Made by a program: the position numbers and the translations under genes
Notes under the pieces: model-generated
What the model saw: only the letters and a program-made list of their open reading frames with translations
The model's database searches: none
What the model was told of the DNA's origin: nothing
Origin: Takakia lepidozioides
Taxonomy: Eukaryota > Plantae > Bryophyta
Assembly: GCA_030704615.1 (NCBI GenBank)
Contig: CM060731.1
Location: 80,352,001-80,416,000 of the forward strand
Direction of reading: 5' to 3'
DNA: 64,000 nt
Shown: positions 1 to 11,394 of the stretch, one piece after another
How the letters are laid out: each line of letters opens with the position of its first letter
Numbering within the stretch: position 1 is the first letter of the stretch

Positions 1-685
1 CCCAACTAAGCAGGCGACAGAAGGCAGCCGACTTCCAAGAGCACTAAGGCCTCCGCTGCTGCCAAGAGAAAGGCTGCAACAAAAGCTGGAGGGGCCGCGA
101 GCAGCCAGGAAAGCAAAGAAGTGAAGGTCCTATTCTATCTGACATGTGTTTCTGGACACTAGTACCACTCATCCCCTAGGAAACATCATGTCTATGGGTG
201 TAATCACTTTGACACTGTTTGATGCCTTCACTACTTTGGCATAACTGAGTAGAACCCCTGTAACTGTTTGGCTGCCCTTGGCAGAGTTGTTTAAGGAGTA
301 AAGTGTTCAACTTTTCCCAACAAGAAGTTTTCTGAGGTGGTGATTCTGTTTTGTGAATGGATTTTGATGAAAGTGGACTCTCATGTATGCACAGAGAGGA
401 AGTTATAATGCCTGGCGATGTAGTAGCTTACATTGATTAAGTGATGAAAAAACAAGTGGGTATTGCAGCAGCATCCTAGCACATCGTACCTAGGTAAGAT
501 TTAGCTGCTTAGATAGTCCAAGTGGTTACAATTGCCACCTGCATAGTTATAGCTTAGAGAGTATGAACTCCACATTACAAAGAGCCTGGATCATTCCCCT
601 GGGTGTGCAAGAAGTTTTCAGAAACATTCACATGGTTTGACTTAGTCTAACTGATGAAGCCAGCATGAGGATATGACCTGTACAG

Positions 686-1345
686 GCTGAAATCTGTGAA
701 TTTCTTCCCGAGTGTCATAGATGGAGATCTACAAGGAAGAAAATTACTGGCTCCGTATAATCTACAAGTCCCTGCTGAAAATCTTGAGGTATGCCAACAG
801 ATTCCTTCTGACAATGTTTCAAGATAGCCTGTCAGTTTCTGAGTTCCAAGGGATTTTGACCTGGAAAAAGACTAACCTGTAATAATCGGCATGTGGAAGT
901 TCGGGAAGATCTAGGCTGAAGTCAAGTGCTGACATGATGTCTGTGGTTCTCTGCAGCATGGAATTTTTGTGGCAGGTCTGAGAGGAAATAGTAGCCACGC
1001 CTGAGCAGGTTCTGGAGCTGATGGAGTTTGGTGAAAGTAACATATGTTCGATTGGTCTGTTTTAATGGACAAACATTACAAGAGAAAGCATGGAATTGTT
1101 CCAACCATTTATGTGTTGGACATGAAGCAAGGATACGATGTTCAAGGACACGACGCCCTTAGTGCTGCCTGAAGGATCTAGATGGCTCTATGCATGTGAG
1201 GTCCTTGTTGTCAATAACCCCTTCCACAACATGTTTTTGAAATGTTAATGGAGAGAATATGCAGGTTCATGTTGATGAGATCGAAGGCACACTATAACTC
1301 ATGGGCAGAGCGAACCATCTCACGAATTGTGCCCAAGTCAATGAG
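686..1345 (+). pseudogene. Kinesin-7 (CENP-E-like) motor-domain pseudogene fragment with introns retained
   Basis: Three AG/GT-bounded exon remnants: 686-788 (EFL.RVS*MEIYKEE..LLAP...ENLE), 957-~1036 (HGIFVAGLR/EEIVATPEQVLELMEFGE) and 1265-1345 (VHVDEIEGTL*LMGRANHLTNCAQVNE). These match plant kinesin-7 motor motifs. Stops and frameshifts are present, and the switch I/II exons are missing. Confidence 0.8.
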
Positions 1346-1455
1346 GTAAAGCTTTGTTACTGATTCTAGATAGAGATGAAAAAGAAAGGAAAGAAAAAGA
1401 TACTTTAAAACGTCCACGGCAAGCACAAAGAGCTTATGGACATGAGTGCATTCAA

Positions 1456-2076
1456 GAAATGAAATGAAATGAAATGAAATGGTGCTTTATAACGTCCGGG
1501 GAAAGCTCGTAGAGCTTATGGGACAAAATGGAAGAAAACATGAGAGAGGAACAAATCCAGAAACCACAATTAATGTTCTAGCGATTGTCTAAGGGTGAAG
1601 GCCTCGTGTAGGTAGGCTGCCAAGCATTTTTGATCCTCATAGTGAAAGACATCAGTGAGAGTTTGGGTTCCACTGAATAAACAGTGGAATCTCCCACGGA
1701 TCTCGTAGTATAGAGGGCAGTAGAAGAAGAAGTGTTCTTCAGTTTCAATTTCCTTGCTGCGCCCTATGCAAGCTGGACATAGGCGGTCCTCCCGTTGCAG
1801 GTTTTCCCATCTGCCAGTCTCTATCCGTAGGTTGTGGGAACCCACCCTGAACCGCCCCAATGCCCTCAAGAGGGAAGGAGATAAGGGTGCTGAAAGGTAA
1901 TTTGGTCTCAAGATTCTATCATCGCGGAGCACCAAGAATGTCTCTCGATAGAAGTGGAGCTTTGTCGTGAGATTGGGTAGCATCCAAGTTCTCTTGACAT
2001 GTAATTCCATAAGCTCTCTCCCAATGAGTCTGTTGCGGTCATGTCTGGATGTGATGTCCACCTCATCTGGGTTCAT
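1456..2076 (-). mobile_element. 5'-truncated non-LTR retrotransposon 3' end (RTEX-like LINE)
   Basis: ORF 1570-2076 carries the C-terminal motif FRVGSHNLRIETGRW...RLCPAC...ETEEHFFFYCPLY (CCHC), followed by a short 3' UTR and an (ATTTC)5 tail at 1456-1480. Confidence 0.8.
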
Positions 2077-3794
2077 TGGTAATAGGAAAGCAGTAGAAAG
2101 AGAGAAGGGCCCTCCACAAGCAATGATTGCTCAAGGGTTTGTCTAAGAGAAAAGGACATTTCATGATGGCTAGAGAAGCTTGAAGAAGTAAACAGGGACA
2201 AGCATGCATAACACATGTGGAACTAACGAGTACACTATCAGGCTAGTTCGCAACTTGGTGAAGGTACACGAACAATAATTTCTGATCTTGTGTATAAATG
2301 CATGTTCAAAAGTCTGAACGTGATTGCAAGTGACTTTTGGAGTGCCTCCATTCATGTCTAATAATGCTTTCAGTTGGGATTTTGTGTTGGTGCCAGATTA
2401 TGACTGCCTTGTAAAAGTTGGAGATTGAAGAGCTACTCCAAAAGTGGTGGCTCAAACTTATTCTTTTTGTGATTTGTGGCGTTTTTTGTGGCGTTTTGGC
2501 TCTGTTTTTTTGCTCCTCTCCGGTTTGTTATCCAACCAATCAGCACATGGCCACACCTCCTTGGCCAATGTATATACTATATAATTCATGGCCTCCGCAC
2601 AACACGTGGGTACGAACCCTTGACTCCTGAATTTGAGTGTGAGATCTCACTTGTGGCTTGGAGTAGACATCCATTGTACAGCTTCAACAGCTTACAAGTG
2701 TTAGATTGAGCTCATTGATTTTTTTTCTCTCCTAGTCATATGCATTTGAGTAGCCTTTTGTTGTGTTAAGTACCCAAGATCTGTTGAGGGCAGGCAAGAA
2801 GGTCCAGGAAATTCCATATGGTGGGGCGCTATAGAGAAGTGTAGAGTAGAGGGGATGCCGCCGCCTCAGCCTGTGGGGTCATTGAGAAACATGAGTGGCC
2901 CATGGCGGGCACCTCTGTTCACACGAGCATGGAAAATGAGCACATGAGAAAGGTGCTTGTTACTAAGTAGCGCTGCAGCGAACCTTCATGGAAAGGTGTT
3001 CGCCAGTGGCCATGTGCTCTGAAAATGGGGTGCCGTGCAGTGAATACCAAAAAGATACTGGAAAAGATTCCCAACCTAGGCCAAAACCCACATGCCAATA
3101 TTTCAACACCATGCCCAGATCCCAAAATCCTTGGCTGAGATGTCAAAATCATGGAATATTCTTACACAATAAGAGTGAGAATAATTTTGTATGCAACCAA
3201 GCTTTGCAAACTCACAGATCTTAGAAGAAATATGTCAATACCAACATCCACTAGCAAGCCTCAAATCCTAGCAAAAGTTAAGAGGGGTCCGGGCAGGAAC
3301 AGATCTCCACCATCGAAGTTTTTTCAATCCAAGCCATCCATGTCAACAGACTTAGTGTCCTCTGCGAATCTTAGGCTTTCATGTCCTTGGCTGCAAGGTG
3401 CCCGGTCCCTAGGTCTTCCAGGCATGTTATATAATATATGGTGTGCCTTATACATAATATTCAATACTTATGTCCTAGCTGGGTTTGACCCTAAAACAAG
3501 CACATCACCCAGGGCCACACCTTGTCTCAAGACAAAGGAATTTTCATATTCTAAACTAGTCCCACTCTTTTTGGTATGCCACATTCATGAGCTCAAGTGA
3601 CGTAATTAAAAACATCCGGTTGTGCTTCATGACATGTGGTCGTGTATCCAACAACTGCTTTTGATGTTGCACGGTGGTAGTACGGCTATTACAACCCCCT
3701 TGAGTGAACATCCCTTTAGGTGGTTGCAAGCATTATGTCAGATCTAATGATAAAGTCCACCCTCAAAAGGAGGCAATAGCCACAAGGCGCCTCT

Positions 3795-4513
3795 AAATTC
3801 TGTGTGGCCTCGCCGTAATGAATGGTGCAGAGGGGACAGGGACCTGACAGCGGGCCCCACTACATTAAAATGATCCCTATTGCTCAGTTTCTCTTATATA
3901 TGAAAAAAACGTCATGTTGCTGGCATGGTGGAGGTTGTGGTTTGGTGGTAGGTTGATGGTGTTGCAATAATGCAAAATTCCGGTTCCATTCCTCGAACTT
4001 GGTTCCGGAGGCCGTTGCTGCCTATAACTACTTCCATGGAGTTTGTAACTACTCTCTTGCAGGTAGTTCAGCTTGGATTTGCAACTACCTTCATGTAACA
4101 AATCCTAAAACTACTTGCATGGAGGTAGTTGTAAATTTCATGCTGCCCATAACTACTTCCATGGAGGTAGTTTGTAACTACTCTCTTGCAGGTAGTTCAG
4201 CTTGGTTTTGCAACTACCTTCATGTAAAAAATCCTAAAACTACCTGCATGGAGGTAGTTGTAAATTTCATGCTGCCTATAACTACTTCCATGGAGGTAGT
4301 TTGTAACTACTCTCTTGCAGGTAGTTCAGCTTGGTTTTGCAACTACCTTCATGTAAAAAATCCTAAAACTACCTGCATGGAGGTAGTTGTAAATTTCATA
4401 AGCCAAAAAAATTCGAAGTCCTCAACGCATGAAGGTAGTTTGCTCCTGTGTTAATGAGACGGTGGGCCCCGTCACCTGACCAGCCTCATTACGACGAGGC
4501 CACACAAAATTCT
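3795..4513. mobile_element. Fold-back element with degenerate long inverted arms (MULE-like, non-autonomous)
   Basis: 3795-3821 AAATTCTGTGTGGCCTCGCCGTAATGA is nearly the reverse complement of 4486-4513. 3845-3868 pairs with 4451-4474. Confidence 0.6.
4016..4399. repeat. Tandem repeat, about 3 copies of a 129-bp unit
   Basis: Units start at 4016, 4141 and 4270. Each unit contains CATGGAGGTAGTT in both orientations. Confidence 0.9.
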
Positions 4514-4731
4514 AAGCCCTGCATGGCAAAGTGGCTCTTAGTTAGGGCAGCTTCAGTCCGGGTCTTCTTCCATAGATCTAGATAATATATCTTTAAACCG
4601 CACGTGCAAGCTGCCCGCCTGAGTCGGCCCCTAGCTGCCTCCCTCCACTTGTAGCCGTCTCAATCGCATAGCCCACCGCGTTACATTTGTCAGATTGGCT
4701 ATGGGTCCAATAGACCCACCAAGATATATAA

Positions 4732-5086
4732 GGGCCGCTTTACACTAGGGCCCAAGCCCAAGAAATCTTGGGCCCAATTTCTACCACTGTTGGGCTGGTC
4801 TTGGGCCAACTTCAACGGTCATGATCAAACATTCATAAATAGTCTATTTTAATACCAAACTTCTTGGGCCCAAGAGCTGAGAGTTGGAGGGTTCCTTTTT
4901 CTTGGTCCAGCCCAAGAAGTTGGCACCACAACTTGTGCCATGTAGGTTGTAGGCAAATGACCCACTTCCATTTTCTTGGGCTCGGGCCGTAGTGTAAAGT
5001 CGTTGGGCCCAATTTTCAGGCCTCCGCCAATGGGAATGCTCCATTCTCACTTGGTCTTGGGCTTGGGCCCTAGTGTAAAGCGCCCC
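4732..5086. mobile_element. PIF/Harbinger (Tourist-type) MITE, 355 bp
   Basis: About 32-bp terminal inverted repeat (TIR) GGG(C/G)CGCTTTACACTAGGGCCCAAGCCCAAGA at both ends. TAA target-site duplication (TSD) at 4729-4731 and 5087-5089. Confidence 0.9.
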
Positions 5087-5139
5087 TAAGACGCCCATTA
5101 GATCTAATAGACCCATGATATTAAAGACAATCCAACAAG

Positions 5140-5763
5140 GGAAAAAAAAACCCACCCAACACACTAGACGATTCCCTGCCGTCGCAACATAACCACGCCA
5201 ACGTGGAGCTAGCGATGCCACGAAGGGGCTGCGACGTTGTCGCACACGAACGTGGCCTCCCGTGGAGCTAGCGACGGCCCCCGGGGGCTGCGACGTCCCT
5301 GCGATTCCCGGGCGTTGCTACAGAACCTCCTTACCCATGGGGGTCTAGCGACGCCCCCAAATGGTGGCGACGTCATGGCGATTCTCGGGCGTCGCCAGGC
5401 TGCGACGTTCTGGCGACGCCAGCGCGTGGCTAATTCTGGGAATGGGCGACGTCCTTGCAACTGCCCCATGACACAGGGGAAGGGATGGACCCCCTTTTGT
5501 TGCGACTCCTGGGAGTCGCCATATTGCGACGCCCCGGAGGGGCGACGTCTTTTGGCCGTCGCTGGTCGTGGCTAGGTGGACCCGGGGGATTAGCGATTCC
5601 CTTAGGTTGCTAATCTGCGACGTTCCGGGAGCGACGTGGCGGCGACTTCCTCACGTCGCAATTTGTCCCCGGCGCGCCCCGGGCGCTGTAGTGTATTTTC
5701 GTCGCTAGGCGCGGCGTTTGGAGGTCGCTGAGGCATTGTTAACCCCCCAAAAACGTAGTAGTG
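5140..5763. mobile_element. CACTA (En/Spm) element terminal fragment
   Basis: Ends in ...CCCCCCAAAAACGTAGTAGTG (reverse complement CACTACTACG...). Dense GCGACG/CGTCGC subterminal repeats in both orientations. Confidence 0.75.
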
Positions 5764-6989
5764 GTTCCAGCCCTTATAAGCACTACTTCATGCGCTCTCC
5801 TTGGCCATAACATATATCACATGCCGCTTCAGGAGCCATGCTCTATCTAGGCTTATAGTTGAAACCCCAACTCAAAACACGCTCTACAAGTGCCAGACTG
5901 TCACCTAAGAGAAAATCAGCCCCTTACCTTCTCTTCTAGCTCTCCATAGCTTAAAGATGAAAGCTTCAATGGGCTGAATGCATGCTCCACACATGCATCC
6001 CCTTCACACAAGAGGTAATATCAGCCCCATATCTTGGCTCCTTGATGCTCTCTAAAACAAGACTAAGCAATCTATAGCCTTTGCCAAGCTCCTGAAACCC
6101 TAAGGTTTACATTTCCAGCCACAAGACACTCCCCTTGTGATGCAAGAGCTCTTCTTCCAAGCTCTGAAACCCTAGGTGCACATTCCATAGCCTTGTCGCA
6201 CATCTTAGCTCCTATTCCAGCCCTGCTCTTGCCATGGCAAGAGCCCTCTCAATGCTGAAGCTCGAGATTGAAACCCAATCTCAACATACTCCACCAAACA
6301 CTGATTTGCCCAAAGCCAAATCAGCCCTCTCGCTTGGTCTTTTAATCAGCCTTCGCACAATGAAGCTTGCATTCCCAAGGCTGGTTCTCAGCCACTACAA
6401 CCTGCTCTTGACTGATCCTCTTCCCAATCGTGCTTGCTCATGCATGTACACAATTTGAAACCATCAAGGTGCTCTGGAATTACTTGCAGCACGGTGCTTT
6501 CATCTCTGAAGCTGAAGATCGAATGCCAAGGTCCACCTTACTTGTAACCAGCATCGCGTCCGCTTCTAACAACCAAGAGCTCCACGGTGCTCCTTGCATA
6601 CCAACCTGATTTAACTCATTTTCAAGCAAAAACCACAAGTACTACAACTAACTCGTATCTGGCACTAACAGATACGAGCTGATCTTTCTCGAGTGATAAA
6701 TAAGAAGAATACATGCACACAAGCTCTCTCAAACTCATACACTTGCATGTTACCCATACACCCCAATAATTCATGGGTGTCCCTTATGGGTGTTCGCAAC
6801 GTCAACCCCTAAGAGCCAGTTTCCATATAGACCCGATCTCCTCCAATGACGTCATCGTTGGAATGGGTTTGACCAAGGGCCCGACCATTGACTTGGCGAC
6901 GGATCCATCCATGTAGCCACCCGATCTCCCAAGATGAGCTAGTTGCGTTGCCGGTCTCCTTCTTCCACACATGCTTCACACACACACAC

Positions 6990-8648
6990 TTTGCGTAGGC
7001 TGTAGCCGATTCAGAGAATACTAGTCATGAATTCACAAAAGAGGTTTTGGGCGGCTATGAAGAAGCCAGCCTTCGAACTCGCATTGTTGTGGTTCCCTCT
7101 GCACATCGAGTGGGCAGATCAGCACTATGGCCAAAAGCGGGCGTATGCCCGTGAGTTAGACCGCCGGTTTCCGGGCAATTGGAGTGAGACAAGGGTGATG
7201 GACATGGTGGGGCGGAACTTGAAGGACAAGAGGTACCATGCCAGAGAGAGAATTCGGAAGGCAATGACAAATGGGGTCCAACCCAAACCACCTTTTGGAG
7301 TTTCACAGGTTGGCAAATCCTTGAATCATTTCACCTTCCATGTGTTGCATGTGCATTAATGAGGTAGATTCGATTCGCTAATTATCCGGGGGGGGGGCAG
7401 GCATAGGTATCGTGGGATGCGCTACGACTACGCCAAGCAGCATGGTTGGCAAGCCCTCATGAAGAACATGGCCAACACGGAGGGGATGAGTGCGCTACAG
7501 GGCACTAGTATGGGTGAAGGGGGGGGGGTCATGGCCAGGGATTGGATGAGAGCTCCGTGGGAGTTAGGAGAACGCCGCTTGTTGTACATGCTCAGGCAAA
7601 CGGCACGGAGTCATCAGGCTCATCGGATACCTCCGAGTCATCCTCTGAGGATGAGGATGAGGATGAGGATGACTAGTCGTAGTCCATGTAGGTCCCAGGG
7701 TCAGCCTACTGAACCCTTGTGAGCAAAGCATTTCAGCTCATTACTTCTAAATATATTTCTATCTGTACATATATTTCCATCTTTTCATCTTCCCTCTTAG
7801 TCATGTGTTGCACCGGCCTCACCCTTTATTCATGCTTGGTCAAACCTATGCAATAACCTATGCTATGTACCCGTTAAATCAGAGCAATGGAATGCTATAA
7901 GGTCTTCTAACACACCAAAAACAAACCAGGGAAAAACCAAAAATCATCCCCAATTCACCCCCCAAAATCAACCCCCAAACACCCCCAACCCCCCCACCAA
8001 GCAGCATGCCATGGCAGGGCGTCGATTTCAACAACGCCCATGCAACGGGAATTTCTGGCTTGCAGGGGGTCGCAAGAGGCGACACCCCGCCGTCGCCACA
8101 ACCCATTGCGTAGCAACGGCCGACCCCCCCCCCCCCCCCTGCGACTGGTTTTTTTCCTTGGCGACCTCTGGGGGTCGCTAGGAGCGACGCCGCAGCGTAG
8201 CTGTTCCCACTCCCGCCCTGCCCCGCGTTTTCTTTAAAAAAAAAAAATTTATAAATATGCGACTCCCGGGAGTCGCTCAAACCCACGGCCGGGCGTCGTA
8301 AAGACCGCCTCCCCTACGACGGGGAGGCCCCTGCCAGCGCCTTGGATCGCCAAGTAGCTACGTCCGGGCGTCGCTAGAGGAGGAGGGGGGCGTGCGACCC
8401 CCATCCGTCGCATTTATGCGACGTTATTCCAGCGATGCCCTGGCGACTGACGTGCTACTCCCGGGCGTCGCTGGAGGAGGAGGGGGGCGTGCGACCCCCA
8501 TCCGTCGCATTTATGCGACGTTATTCCAGCGACGCCCTGGCGACTGACGTGCTACTCCACGGCGTCGCAAAAATAGCCTCCCCGCCTCAGCTGCAAAATG
8601 GCTTTTTAGCGACCCGCCCCCCCCCCCCTCCCCCCTTTTCCTGTAGTG
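6990..8648 (+). mobile_element. CACTA element 3' portion with a TnpA-like coding remnant
   Basis: Terminus CCCCCTTTTCCTGTAGTG ending at 8648, with GCGACG subterminal repeats at 8020-8620. ORF 7027-7359 (EWADQ...RELDRRFPGNWSE...RNLKDKRYHARERIRK) resembles CACTA TnpA-type proteins (inferred). Confidence 0.75.
8360..8557. repeat. 97-bp tandem duplication within the CACTA subterminal region
   Basis: CCATCCGTCGCATTTATGCGACG occurs at 8401 and 8498 in near-identical units. Confidence 0.9.
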
Positions 8649-9149
8649 ATCACACGAGAGCTGAGCCACTTCGATACCTTGGGTTGCAGTGCTGGTGTTC
8701 GTATGGTCAAGAGCAGGGTGGCCCAGCATAGCTTGGGTGTGCTCATGGTCCACAACAAGAGCATGGACATGCGGAGTGAAAAGAAACATAATTTAAATAA
8801 GAATGCAACACTTGGTACAGCCACCCCGTGCATCAAATAGGGCTTCCAAAAACCAGCGCTCTCCAGGCCGCATAGTGGCAGAAATAATATGCCATGGGGT
8901 ACAACTTGTTGTGATGCCGATTCCGCGCAGGGCCTAGCCAGAGTACAAGAGGCTCGAAAGTAACAGGCCATAGAACAGCCCACAAATGAGCAGTAAGGCC
9001 TTAGAGCAGCACAGAGAGGTAAGCTTGTTACAAACAAAACCGGAGGTTAACATGAAGTATCTGAGGGAAGACTTCATACGGTGTGGGTAAATAGAAGAAC
9101 TTGACTGTTGCAACTGCATTTGCGGTGGCTGTTGTTGCTGTTGCTGTAG

Positions 9150-9340
9150 ATACATTTGCCGGAAAGTTTGCACCGAGACCTGATCTCCGGCAATCAATTT
9201 GGCACCTCTTACATAATCCTCATTTGTTATCTCAGTTCTTTTGAACTGTTGGTGCAATGCATTGATCTGCTGGTTCTTCACGGGAGGCAGATGGGGTTGA
9301 AGCGAGGGCATTAATGCCCCAAATGAGATGCATTGACTTA
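9150..9340 (-). pseudogene. RST-domain (TAF4-like) gene fragment with flanking polyQ
   Basis: CISFGALMPSLQPHLPPVKNQQINALHQQFKRTEITNEDYVRGAKLIAGDQVSVQTFRQM fits the RCD1-SRO-TAF4 (RST) domain pattern. No other TAF4 or RCD1 domain is visible nearby. Confidence 0.7.
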
Positions 9341-11039
9341 CGTCACCTGATCGTTTCAGTGCTCGACCTGGCTGCTGCTGCTGCTGCAAGCCTGGAGATG
9401 TTGGTGTTGCAGAAACTGTTGTTGCCCCGCCATAAGCGATGCTTCTCTGGGATATAATTGCTAGCTCACAATGTGGCGCTGCATGAGAGCAACCATATCA
9501 TCTGGCTTACTAAGTGCTTGTGTAGCCCTCTCTTCAGCTTCCCTGGGTTTTCCCTTGATCAGTATTACTGCATCTGTAATCTCCTCGTGTGTCTTCATAC
9601 CACTGATTGTTGAGCGAGCCCCAGGTCCAGTCAAATTAGGGCTTAGACTACCCCAGCTGGCTTGATGACGCTCATGCAGAGACAGGGGTGGGGCCATTAA
9701 ATGGCTCTTTTTTAAGATGTTGTAGTTATCAAGTTCATGAGAGGAAGTGCAGTAGAGTATGGAGCAAGAGCCTGGCCCAAACAGAATGGGATTCATACCT
9801 TTCCATGAGAGCTTCAGTCTTATGGACGTTGGTGTGCTTGTACTGAAGATGTTGTGAGGTAGGGGGCGGCTCGGTTTTGGTGCTGCACAGCTTGCAATAG
9901 AGAAATGCTTGCAGGTGGGGGCAGATTTGGGTGTTCCGCTCACCAGTTATACCACATTACTCGGCAGTATTTGGGCGAGCACCTAAGTACCCCATCTCAT
10001 GCTCGTTATCCCGCGTGTCTCCAGCATCACGCATGCGCTGAAGCAGACCGCAACGTTGGGGAGCTGTGTTGGTGCTCACATTTTCAAGTAGCGTGGTGGA
10101 ACATGGCTGGCGTTTGCTCGTGGTGCATGGAGAGTGCGTTGGCAGGTGATGTGAGAAGAAACATGATGTTGAGAATACAACACTTGGTGTAGCCTCCCCT
10201 CACAACACGAAAGGTAGCTAGGGACCAACGTCCTCTAGATTGAGTAGCGGCACTGGCAGTATGCGGGGGGGGGGGGGGGGGGGGGGTGAAGTAGGCTTTG
10301 ACGCCGAGTCTATGAGGGGCCTGACTTGAGCATGAGAGGCTCGAGAGTAAAAGACGATAGAATAACCCACACATGAGCATCAGAGCCTTAAAGAAGCATC
10401 TCTGGATGAGCTTGCTAAGAGCGAATCTTGTGGCCGGCATGAGTCTGGAGGGAGGCGCTATCACGCCGTGCTTCAAGCCTTGGAAGGAGAGCGCAACTTG
10501 CGAAGAGAGGGGGGTGTCTTCGGCCTGGTCGAGAGGTCTCCGAGAACGCCTGGCGGGCTTCTTCAACACAAAAAATAAGCCAAGGATGGGTATCCCGGGT
10601 ATGCCGGATTTCCAAGGGAGAACCTTGTGTTGATGAGATCTCTGGGTGAACCGTAGCGTCTCATGAGCCTGCGCAAGGACACCAGCTGGTGGTGGTGCCG
10701 GTTCCGAACTCTTTGAGAGGGAATTTGGGCAGTAAAAACCGCTCTAAGAACATCAAAACATAGCTTAAAAGAAGCCCTTTAAGACGCTGATAGAGCAAAT
10801 TGATAGTGGGAGGGAGAATACTAGGAGAACTCCTCACAGAAGCAGAATAGACAGCAGCAGAAGCCATGGCGGCGGCCCTTGCTAAGAGTAGAGGCCAAGG
10901 CAAAGTAGTGGGGCCGCTAGAGAGAAGACGGAAAGAACACGTAAGGGCTAAAAGAATAGCAGGACCCTAGAAGATAGTCATGGTTACAGAGTTTGGCGGT
11001 GAAACGGCGGGGAGACGGAGGAGGAGTGCTTGGTAATCT

Positions 11040-11177
11040 TTTCTTATGAATTAAGACGATTTGTTTGTTTGTTTGTTTTGTCACATTGAGATGTCCCAAA
11101 CCGCGAGGCCCCAACACTGGTGCTTGGTACCGTTGGAATGCCGGCCTCGATGAGGAGGGGTGCACCGTCTTGGTCTA
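11040..11177 (-). mobile_element. Inverted terminal fragment of the (CAAA)n-bearing Helitron-like repeat
   Basis: Reverse complement of about 11751-11890 (GGTGCACCCCTCCTCATCGAG...CGCGGTTTGGGA...AAACAAACAAAC). Confidence 0.65.
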
Positions 11178-11394
11178 GTTAGTGCATAGTACTATGTCAT
11201 CTTCTTGGAGTGTTGTGATAGCCGGAAGTAAATTGACATCAAATTGATTCTTTGATGCCAAATCCTTGTTGTGAAGTAAGATGCAAAGTCGTAGCTACAA
11301 CTATAGAAGCGCCTACCATTGAGGCTTGTAAGGTGGATGTCTTTAAAGCATATATGGATGGAGGTATTGGGGATTTTAAAATTATCTTGAAGTG

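Noticed and set aside
2590-2715. Possible minus-strand tRNA-derived SINE (GGTTCGTACCC B-box-like)
   Set aside because: No convincing A-box, tail or TSD.
3999-4454. 151-aa repeat protein ORF
   Set aside because: It is a by-product of a 129-bp (multiple of 3) tandem repeat, with a non-ATG start and no domain.
4844-5575. GC-rich ORFs over the MITE and CACTA subterminal repeats (also 7879-8789)
   Set aside because: These are open frames caused by GC-rich repeats, with no recognisable protein.
6652-6678. 10-bp stem hairpin CTCGTATCTG-N7-CAGATACGAG as a terminator or Helitron end
   Set aside because: It is isolated, has no CTRR terminus at the expected distance, and the surrounding 5.8-6.9 kb repeat-like DNA could not be classified.
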